DNA of 32,000 bases from Crocosphaera subtropica ATCC 51142. Its GTDB lineage: Bacteria > Cyanobacteriota > Cyanobacteriia > Cyanobacteriales > Microcystaceae. Within the stretch, counting starts at the first letter, position 1. Every line of letters begins with the position of its first letter. Of this stretch, positions 16,123 to 23,830 are shown in pieces. The position numbers and the translations under genes are program-made. The stretch lies in assembly GCF_000017845.1 (NCBI RefSeq), contig NC_010546.1, forward strand, positions 1,380,001-1,412,000, in the 5' to 3' direction. Under the pieces are notes generated by a model. It was not told the DNA's origin and did not search any database. It was given only the letters and a program-made list of their open reading frames with translations.

Positions 16123-19025
16123 TGTCACATAAACTGCACTGTTTGAGAACAATTCGGGGTCAACTGATGTTAGGATTTGGGGGAATTCTACTGTTGAACT
16201 TGATCAGTGCGTTTATTATTTATGGAACCTTACAACATTTTCGTTACCGCGCTCAAGCAACAATTGATTATGCCACTCGTGTGCGAGAATTAAGTCTAGA
16301 ACTAAAAAATAATTTTTTACTGGCTCGAAAAGCTGAAGATATTTTATTAGATAACTGGCAACTCAAAAAAGTAAGTCCAGCGATTCAAAACGCCATCAAT
16401 AACCAAGAAAATTATCTAAACCAAGCTCGTCAAAACCTTTCTGCTATCCAAACCCTACAGAAACAAAACTCAGATATTGAAGCAGAACTGACCATACTTC
16501 AATCCTTATTTACTAACTATGAATCTGCGTTTCAAGGAACGGCTAAGCGAATTATTGCTCACGATGAAGGATACCAACTCCATCAACAACTGCAAATTCT
16601 CATCAACCAGTTCGTTAATGACAGAACCCTGGCAAGAAATCGGACCATTGAGAGTCTTCTGTGGACAGCGATCGCAGAACAACAGAAATATTTTCAAACT
16701 AACAAACAAGGTTCTCCTACGGATTTACGGGCTAGTCTCGACCAACTAGAAACTGCTTTAAAAGCCCATCAAAGCAAGACACCGATTCACACCTTAGCCC
16801 AGGACTATACGACGACCCTGGATACTCTTTTATTATTAGAGCAACAAGTTTTATTTAATCAGATTGTTGCAGAAAATATTAATAAGGAAATTGATCACAT
16901 TATCGAGGTGATTGGCCAAAAGAGTAAAACCCAAGCAGAGCAAGCCCGTTTAGGCTTAATACAAACCGCTAATTACACTCGTATCGGTCTATTAATCACA
17001 GTTATTACGGCATTAGCCCTGACCTTGTGGGTAAGTTTATGGCTTGGAAAAACCATTGTTCAGCCGTTAACCCAATTAACAGACGTTTCAGAACACATTG
17101 CCAAGGGGTCTTTAGAGGAAACATTGAACTTTTCGGCCAGTAATGAATTTGGCATTGTGGCCACTGCCCTCAATAAAATGCTCATTCAATTGAGAGAAAC
17201 CTTAGCAGACCTTGAAGACAGGGTGAGAGAAAGAACCCAGGCATTAGAGGCTAAAACCGAATCTCTCGAAATTACTCTTAAAAAATTGCGTTTCAGTCAA
17301 GCTAATTATCATCAACTGATTAATAATCTTCAGGCCGGGGTGATTATCTATGACCCTAGGGGTAACATGATGATGGCTAACTTAGCAGCTTCAGAATTAT
17401 TGGACATATCCTCTGAAAGTTTATCTCTCTATTCTTCTCCAGAAGCAAGGGTAACCTTCGTTGACGAGTCAGGAGCAACACTTCCCCCACAAGAGCATCC
17501 TTGCCAACAAGTTTTGACCACCCAAGTCCCATTACACAATTATGTCATGGGTATTCACCGACAACGGCCCCTAGACTCTATTTGGACGTTAGTGAATGCG
17601 TTTCCTGCTTTTGATGATCAGAACCATTTAACTCAGGTAGTGGTACTCCTTCTTGATATCACTGATCGTAAGTTAGCTGAGGAACAGTTGCGCTATCGTG
17701 CGCTCCATGACGCTTTAACAGGGTTGCCTAACCGTACCCTCCTCACAGAACGGTTAGACCATGCTATCCAACGGGTTAAACGTTACCCTGACAGTCTCTT
17801 TGCGGTGTTATTTATTGATTTAGACCGTTTCAAAGTGATTAACGATAGTTTAGGCCATTTAGTCGGTGATCAACTGCTCATATACATTGCTAATACCCTA
17901 AAACGCCATGTTCGTAGTAGTGATACGGTGGCACGACTGGGAGGGGATGAATTTGTCATTCTTCTGGAGAATTTGACCAGTCCCCATGAAGTGGTACAGG
18001 TGATTGAACGAATTGAAAAAGATATTAAAAAGCCCATTCAGTTGATGAATAAAACTCTTTTTACCTCGGCCAGTATTGGCATTGCGTTGAGCAGTCCAGA
18101 GTATGGTACTGGAGAAGATATTTTGCGGGATGCTGATAACGCTATGTATCGGGCTAAAGGTAATAATCTCACAAGTTACGAACTGTTTAATGTGGAAATG
18201 CGTCAGACAATGTTAGAAGTCTTTGAGCTTGAAACGAGTTTGCGACAAGCATTAGAACAGCAACAATTTATCTTGCATTATCAACCGATTGTTTCTGCTA
18301 CGTCTTTGGAATTATTGGGGTTTGAAGCTTTAGTGCGTTGGGTACATCCTGAAAAGGGGTTGATTTCTCCAGGAAAGTTTATTCCGTTGGCCGAAGAAAC
18401 AGGATTAATTATTCCCTTAAGTGAATGGATTTTCCAAGAAGCTTGTAGTCAGATGGCACAGTGGTGCGCTGATTTTCGGATGGCTAGTTCCCTAAAAATG
18501 AGTATTAATATTGCTGCTTATCATTTTCAATCCCCTCAATTTTTGGAAAAAATAGACCAAATTTTAACTGAAACTCAGTTACTGGGAAAGAATCTGAAAT
18601 TAGAGATAACAGAAAGTTTGCTGATTAAAAATACCGATAGATTCCTGTCTCTTGTGCCTCAGTTACAACAACGGCAAATTGAAATTAGTCTTGATGATTT
18701 TGGGACAGGTTATTCTTCTTTGAATTACTTAAAACGGTTTCCCATTAATACTCTTAAAATTGATAAATCTTTCGTTGATGGTCTTGATTATCAGAAAAAT
18801 CAAGCAGATGTTAGTATTATTGAGGCTATTATCCATATTGCTCAATCCCTAGGCATGGATGTCGTGGCTGAAGGGGTTGAAACAGATCGGCAACGTCAAC
18901 AGTTACAACAGTTGGGATGCGAAGCAATTCAAGGATATTTAATGTCTCCTCCTTTAACTTCTGAGAAGGCTAGAGAATTTATTAATCGTCAGTTATCAGT
19001 AACCAGTGATCAGTCTCATACTTAA
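16122..19025 (+). CDS. Membrane sensor protein with periplasmic helical domain, HAMP, PAS, GGDEF and EAL domains
   Basis: 967 aa. TM1 at about aa 17-36, a helical periplasmic region of about 250 aa, TM2 at about aa 285-308, then HAMP. PAS ('LQAGVIIYDPRGNMMMANLAASELLD'). Intact GGDEF (aa 607-611, nt 17940-17954) with upstream 'DALTGLPNR'. Intact EAL (aa 735-737, nt 18324-18332) plus 'DDFGTGYSSL', 'KIDKSF', 'EGVET', 'QGYL'. The ATG overlaps the SBP stop (TAATG). Confidence 0.92.
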   Translation: MSHKLHCLRTIRGQLMLGFGGILLLNLISAFIIYGTLQHFRYRAQATIDYATRVRELSLELKNNFLLARKAEDILLDNWQLKKVSPAIQNAINNQENYLNQARQNLSAIQTLQKQNSDIEAELTILQSLFTNYESAFQGTAKRIIAHDEGYQLHQQLQILINQFVNDRTLARNRTIESLLWTAIAEQQKYFQTNKQGSPTDLRASLDQLETALKAHQSKTPIHTLAQDYTTTLDTLLLLEQQVLFNQIVAENINKEIDHIIEVIGQKSKTQAEQARLGLIQTANYTRIGLLITVITALALTLWVSLWLGKTIVQPLTQLTDVSEHIAKGSLEETLNFSASNEFGIVATALNKMLIQLRETLADLEDRVRERTQALEAKTESLEITLKKLRFSQANYHQLINNLQAGVIIYDPRGNMMMANLAASELLDISSESLSLYSSPEARVTFVDESGATLPPQEHPCQQVLTTQVPLHNYVMGIHRQRPLDSIWTLVNAFPAFDDQNHLTQVVVLLLDITDRKLAEEQLRYRALHDALTGLPNRTLLTERLDHAIQRVKRYPDSLFAVLFIDLDRFKVINDSLGHLVGDQLLIYIANTLKRHVRSSDTVARLGGDEFVILLENLTSPHEVVQVIERIEKDIKKPIQLMNKTLFTSASIGIALSSPEYGTGEDILRDADNAMYRAKGNNLTSYELFNVEMRQTMLEVFELETSLRQALEQQQFILHYQPIVSATSLELLGFEALVRWVHPEKGLISPGKFIPLAEETGLIIPLSEWIFQEACSQMAQWCADFRMASSLKMSINIAAYHFQSPQFLEKIDQILTETQLLGKNLKLEITESLLIKNTDRFLSLVPQLQQRQIEISLDDFGTGYSSLNYLKRFPINTLKIDKSFVDGLDYQKNQADVSIIEAIIHIAQSLGMDVVAEGVETDRQRQQLQQLGCEAIQGYLMSPPLTSEKAREFINRQLSVTSDQSHT
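18990..19017 (+). repeat. STRR-like heptamer tandem repeat (CAGTNNN x4)
   Basis: cagttat cagtaac cagtgat cagtctc. Overlaps the last 12 codons of the GGDEF-EAL ORF (tail ...RQLSVTSDQSHT*). Confidence 0.6.
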
Positions 19026-19028
19026 ATG

Positions 19029-19129
19029 ATATGAAATCTCTTTGAATACTATACTTTATAGTAGGGGGAGCAGGGAGCAGGGGTTTGCCGTCATGATTTT
19101 AATGATGAGTCATTAAGGGGATTTCATAT
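19029..19129. repeat. Inverted-repeat-flanked G/A-rich repeat element between convergent genes
   Basis: Arms atatgaaatc (19029-19038) and gatttcatat (19120-19129) flank GGGAGCA GGGAGCA GGGG (19066-19083). It shares the GGGAGCAG core with the reverse complement of the 5251-5293 repeat. It could double as a terminator hairpin. Confidence 0.45.
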
Positions 19130-19133
19130 GAGA

Positions 19134-21329
19134 TTAATTAATCCCCAAATCAATATGTTGATCTTTAAAACTAATTACTCTTTCCCCAATTATAACTTGA
19201 GAATCTAAGTGATTATTGATAATTTTTAGGTTGGGAATCTTATTTTTTTCAACTGTCATCACCACAAAAAAGTCTCCTGTTCCTGTTGCAATAATTCTTT
19301 GATTATCTTTTTCATAGTTTAAGTTGATCGTTTCAGGAGTAATAAAAGTTCCTTTCATCGTGACATCCCGATCTCGTTTAATTAGAAAAGTATTATTTTC
19401 AATAGTGACATTTCCTTCAGTATTCATGACCCAAGTATGATTATTTTTATGATCATCAAATTGATCAACAATAGCAAATAAACCAGGAACCCCTGAAATA
19501 TTAGAGTAATCAACAGCAAAGGATCTTAACCAATCTTTAGCTTGTAAACTAACAACACCTGAACCATCTTTTTTATCTTTCAAATAAATAGTTGTCATTG
19601 TTATTGCATTAGGATTTTCTTGAATAATAATATTTTCATTTTCCGGTTTATTATTACTTTCCCCTGCGATCGCCCAATTTTCCCCTAGTCCCCAAATGCG
19701 AAAACTTCCAGCATCGGGGAATGACCAAGACTTCGTTAAATATTCTCGTTTTCCATAGATACTCGCCACAAAATCATTTTTGTCTTTCCATTGATTACGA
19801 AAAGAATAAAATCCTTTTTGTTCATCTACTAAAACGTTATCAAAAATCTGGGAAGGATGTTTAATAACTAAATGATTGGGATAATTAATAAATAAAAAAA
19901 CACCATCTAAAATATTCTTAATACCAAAACTTTGGTTTCCATTTTCTCCCCAATAATGATCAAATCCCCACATAATACCAGGCAAAAACTTAAGGGGAAC
20001 TAATCCCATTCCCATGGCAAATAATGATCCCCCTGAATAATATCGATGTCTTCCATAACTAGGAATCGGATAACTATTCTTTCTTGGAACAATTCGCATT
20101 AAATACTGAGGTAATAACCAAGCTAAATTAGAATTTTCAGTGGCAAAATTTTTTCCTTTCACATGATAGTAACCTGTAAAAAAAGGAAACAAGGTTAAGA
20201 TAAATGGTTCAGTGGTATAGTGATCCCCTTCCGTACCAAACCCCTTGTCACCCATCGCTGTTTCTAGATAGCGAATCATGTTGCGCTTAGCAATGGTTAA
20301 AAGTTGTTCAATATTGATATCTGGGGAAAAATAGCCTTCTGGTTCTTTTAAAATGGCTAATGCAGCCAATCCTGCAGCCCCTCTTGCTCTGGCATTCCAA
20401 TTACTCCAGGCTGTGGGGTTCCAACCTCTATCTGGGGTTCCTTCGATTAATAATTGTGTTTGTTGAGCCAGCCAATTAGAGACAAGAATGCGATTATTAT
20501 TCTCCCAATAAGCGTAACATAAATCATAAGCGATCGCTATTCCTGTGACCACTGGGGACAGTTCAAATAAGCGACGATAGGAGGTATTAATCGCCTTTTC
20601 TACCACTGTCCAAGCCTGAGCAGCTTGTTTGGGTTTTTCTTTAATTAAAGCGAGAAAACATTGTCCTGCTGCGTGATATCCTGCATTGGGAACATAGCCA
20701 TCATAAATAACAGGTTGATTGAGTGTTTTTTCTAATTTATTAAATATTTTTTTGCCAATTTTTGTTGTTATTTTTTGACGTAATTCTGGCACCCTTGTCT
20801 CTCGAAATAGTAACCGAGGATGTTCTTGAGGGTGAATCGGTCGATGATCTATCAAAGGTTGAGGGTATAGTGGATTGATGGTTCCAGAAACTTTTCCTTG
20901 TAATACTTTATTGTTAAATTTTCCTTGATAATTTCCGATTAAAAGATTATTATTTTTTTTAATTAATTCAATTTCATAATTAGCCTTTCCTGACAATGAT
21001 AACCAAGGGTCCCGATTGATGAGTAAATCAACGTCTAAAATCCACTGATTATGGGATTGATTGATAGTAACAGTTCCTTGATGTTCTGCTTGATTAAACT
21101 CAGGAGCAAACCCCCAAATCTCAGAAGTACAATGATTATTTTCACAAATTACATCTAGGGTAATATCTTGATAATCAATTTCGTTATTAGAGTTTCTCCA
21201 AAGGGCTTTTTCTAGAACGATGCTAACTTTTCCTGACAAAGAATGAAAGGAGAAAGTGGGGGTATAAACTCCCAACCCTACCCAATAAATTGTCATGATT
21301 ATTATGATAAATAATCGAGATTTAATCAT
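19134..21329 (-). CDS. Heparinase II/III / alginate-lyase-like (alpha/alpha toroid + beta-sandwich) protein with N-terminal signal or anchor
   Basis: 731 aa. Hydrophobic N-terminus 'LFIIIIMTIYWVGLGVY', then a beta-rich region of about 130 aa. 'HPRLLFRETRVPELRQKI', 'SNWNARARGAAGLAALAI' and 'GTEGDHYTTEP' resemble heparinase II/III-DUF4962 signatures recalled from memory. The ATG overlaps the upstream stop (ATGA). Confidence 0.55.
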   Translation of the reverse strand: MIKSRLFIIIIMTIYWVGLGVYTPTFSFHSLSGKVSIVLEKALWRNSNNEIDYQDITLDVICENNHCTSEIWGFAPEFNQAEHQGTVTINQSHNQWILDVDLLINRDPWLSLSGKANYEIELIKKNNNLLIGNYQGKFNNKVLQGKVSGTINPLYPQPLIDHRPIHPQEHPRLLFRETRVPELRQKITTKIGKKIFNKLEKTLNQPVIYDGYVPNAGYHAAGQCFLALIKEKPKQAAQAWTVVEKAINTSYRRLFELSPVVTGIAIAYDLCYAYWENNNRILVSNWLAQQTQLLIEGTPDRGWNPTAWSNWNARARGAAGLAALAILKEPEGYFSPDINIEQLLTIAKRNMIRYLETAMGDKGFGTEGDHYTTEPFILTLFPFFTGYYHVKGKNFATENSNLAWLLPQYLMRIVPRKNSYPIPSYGRHRYYSGGSLFAMGMGLVPLKFLPGIMWGFDHYWGENGNQSFGIKNILDGVFLFINYPNHLVIKHPSQIFDNVLVDEQKGFYSFRNQWKDKNDFVASIYGKREYLTKSWSFPDAGSFRIWGLGENWAIAGESNNKPENENIIIQENPNAITMTTIYLKDKKDGSGVVSLQAKDWLRSFAVDYSNISGVPGLFAIVDQFDDHKNNHTWVMNTEGNVTIENNTFLIKRDRDVTMKGTFITPETINLNYEKDNQRIIATGTGDFFVVMTVEKNKIPNLKIINNHLDSQVIIGERVISFKDQHIDLGIN

Positions 21330-23515
21330 GAAACGAAAATAAAATGATGACTGTTTAAATCTAAATTGGTTGCATTTTTTACAATACCAATTAATTCATC
21401 TTCCATGCCAGCAACTTTGAGAAAAATTCCTTGATCATTAGCTTTAAAGGGAGAAGAACCCAGATAGTAGTTATTAGCTGTGCCATGTAATTGAATTATA
21501 TCTTGAGCCATATCAAAATCAACAATTTCTGCATAATCTTGTTGTCCATAGTTATCATAAAACGATTCACTTTCATTTCCTAGAGCATAAATCTTTCCAT
21601 TGATAGTCTGAGTTTGAGAATGACTCAATCCCGTTAAAGGATCAACAGCAGATCCATTGAAGTTACCATTTCCTTCTATAGCTAAGAAATTGATATTTTC
21701 AGTCGTATGATTGGTTTCACTGTCGTTGCTAGTATCTTCTTCAACCATGATTTGAACATTGCCATTAGTGAGGTTTTTATATCTTAATCCTGAAGGATCG
21801 GGACCATCAAAAGTGGCAATATTGCCTAAGAATTTAGGAGCATTGCTGAAATGATTGCCAAAATCAATACTATGCCAGTTATGGGTAACCTTATCTCCAG
21901 TATTACCTGCTATAAACCCCTTACCATCCCAATTTCCTTGACCGGGAGAAATCGCTAACCAAGCAATAGTTTCTGAACCATGTCCAGTGAACTTAAATGC
22001 TTCTTCTTCTTCTAAAGCCACTTCAAATCCATGATTAGTGGCATTCTTTTGACGGGTTCGCACAAAGGTTGGATCATTATCGGTTTGAACTTGAGTTAAA
22101 ACCACAGGGGTATTAGTAAAGTTGTGATTGAAGTTAATCGTTTCCCAAGTTGAGGTGGTGGTTGCATCTGTTGTGACGTTGCCTACCTCGATAATTGTGC
22201 CATCAGACAGTTCCCATCGTCCCTGTTCAACCACTAAAAAACTAAACCTTTCTGTTGTATGGTAACCATTATGAGATTTACCCCTAATTAAAGTTGTCTC
22301 TTGAAGTTGCACGGTAAAGCGATCGCTTTGAATATCGGTAATTCTTATGGTCGAAGGATCTGGACCATTATAGGATAAGGGTTGAGCAAAAATAACAGGG
22401 TTAATAAAGTTATGATTCAGGGAAATGGTTTGACTTTCATGGTTTAAATTAGTAATTTGTCCAATTTCGGCAATGACAGCATTATTATCAATAGGAGTGT
22501 CTTCAACTGCGTCTTTGAGTTCAATTGATGATGTGTCGATAGCTTCTGAAGAAGCTGACATTTCTAAGATGGCGTTCCCTAATTTTTCGATGTTTAATAA
22601 TTTCCCTTCGTATTGGGGTTGATTAACAACATTGTCCCCTTGTGCAAGTAACTCTCTAATCCCCAGTTTAATAACTTCCCCTGTGGTTTCATCAATAATG
22701 CTGTTTAGGGGTAATTTGTATCCCAACTCTTGCACCGCTAACTGTTGCGCTACGGCGATCGCTCCAGTCACATGGGGAGCAGACATACTGGTTCCTGATA
22801 GGGTCGTCGTTCCTCCATTATTATTAGCTGCTGTAATACCCACCCCAGGAGCAAAAACGTCAGTTAAATCAGGATGATGTTGGGAAAAACTAGCAATTTC
22901 ACCTTTATTATTAACAGCAGAAACCGCTAAAGAATTGATACTTGCTGCTGGATAGGAAACGCCATCTTCTCCTGTATTACCCGCAGCAGAAACCACAATC
23001 ACATCATTATTAACTAACGCTTGTAACTCATCATCAATGATATTGCCAAAAAACCAGGGAGATTGATAGTTCCGTCCATTACTAAGGGACATATTCACAC
23101 TAGCAATATTATAGGTATCATGGTTATCCACCACCCATTGTAAAGCCTGTTCAATATCATAAAGATTGGCTTTATTATTATTATCAAAAACTTTGAGAGC
23201 AATAATGTTAACCCCAGGTGCTATCCCTGTATAGGTCGGATCGCTTGAAGCAGCAATGCTGGCCACATGACTTCCATGCCTATTAGGATCACTAGCATTA
23301 TTATCATCATTACTGGTAGGATCGCTAAAATTTTCTAATGGAGTAGAAGCAAAATCATAATGGTAAACAATCCGATCCGCTACATTATTCTTATCAAGAT
23401 CAGGACCAAAAAAAGGATGGTTTAAATCTATTCCCGTGTCTATAATGACGACAGCATAGCCAGATCCATCAATACGCTTGCCGTTATTATCGAAAAAAAC
23501 ATCATAATTAGTCAT
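21326..23515 (-). CDS. S8 family (subtilisin-like) serine peptidase with three tandem lectin-like repeats and a cyanobacterial C-terminal module
   Basis: Catalytic triad motifs: 'VVIIDTGID' (Asp26), 'HGSHVAS' (His80), 'AAGN' (Asn180), 'GTSMSAPHVTG' (Ser243). Three repeats of about 90 aa lie at aa ~350-615. The C-terminus is 'DIIQLHGTANNYYLGSSPF...GIFL...DELIGIVKN'. No signal peptide or propeptide. Confidence 0.88.
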   Translation of the reverse strand: MTNYDVFFDNNGKRIDGSGYAVVIIDTGIDLNHPFFGPDLDKNNVADRIVYHYDFASTPLENFSDPTSNDDNNASDPNRHGSHVASIAASSDPTYTGIAPGVNIIALKVFDNNNKANLYDIEQALQWVVDNHDTYNIASVNMSLSNGRNYQSPWFFGNIIDDELQALVNNDVIVVSAAGNTGEDGVSYPAASINSLAVSAVNNKGEIASFSQHHPDLTDVFAPGVGITAANNNGGTTTLSGTSMSAPHVTGAIAVAQQLAVQELGYKLPLNSIIDETTGEVIKLGIRELLAQGDNVVNQPQYEGKLLNIEKLGNAILEMSASSEAIDTSSIELKDAVEDTPIDNNAVIAEIGQITNLNHESQTISLNHNFINPVIFAQPLSYNGPDPSTIRITDIQSDRFTVQLQETTLIRGKSHNGYHTTERFSFLVVEQGRWELSDGTIIEVGNVTTDATTTSTWETINFNHNFTNTPVVLTQVQTDNDPTFVRTRQKNATNHGFEVALEEEEAFKFTGHGSETIAWLAISPGQGNWDGKGFIAGNTGDKVTHNWHSIDFGNHFSNAPKFLGNIATFDGPDPSGLRYKNLTNGNVQIMVEEDTSNDSETNHTTENINFLAIEGNGNFNGSAVDPLTGLSHSQTQTINGKIYALGNESESFYDNYGQQDYAEIVDFDMAQDIIQLHGTANNYYLGSSPFKANDQGIFLKVAGMEDELIGIVKNATNLDLNSHHFIFVS

Positions 23516-23830
23516 TTGATTTTTCCCACTCTTACCATTGCTGTTGACTACAAGTTCAAAAAAATTAATAAAATTAGGTTTTTAAAAATTAACGTTCTGA
23601 ACTTAAAAAAGTTCCTAAAGCCTCATTCATCTTCATCACAGGGGAATGAAATCAAACCTTCCGTGAATTTTCGTGATCTAGTCAATCAGACAATTATCAA
23701 GAAATAGAGAATAAACTATTATCAATTAAGCTTCTGATTATCAACAAAATGGATGGCCCTACTCTTAGGACGGGAAGGATGTCAAAATAAGATATAACAA
23801 TCAAATCAAGATGGTAGAAAGCAAACCATT

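Noticed and set aside
15279-16749. Small ORFs 15279-15473, 15599-15784, 16506-16709 (antisense) and 16519-16749 (alternative frame)
   Set aside because: All are nested in the SBP or sensor genes, which have strong domain support.
22632-22877. 81 aa ORF antisense to the S8 catalytic-Ser region
   Set aside because: Shadow ORF opposite the best-conserved part of the peptidase.
23516-23707. 63 aa ORF in the S8-dxs spacer
   Set aside because: Lys/Asn/Ile-rich low-complexity translation of an AT-rich promoter region. It starts immediately adjacent to the S8 start and has no RBS.
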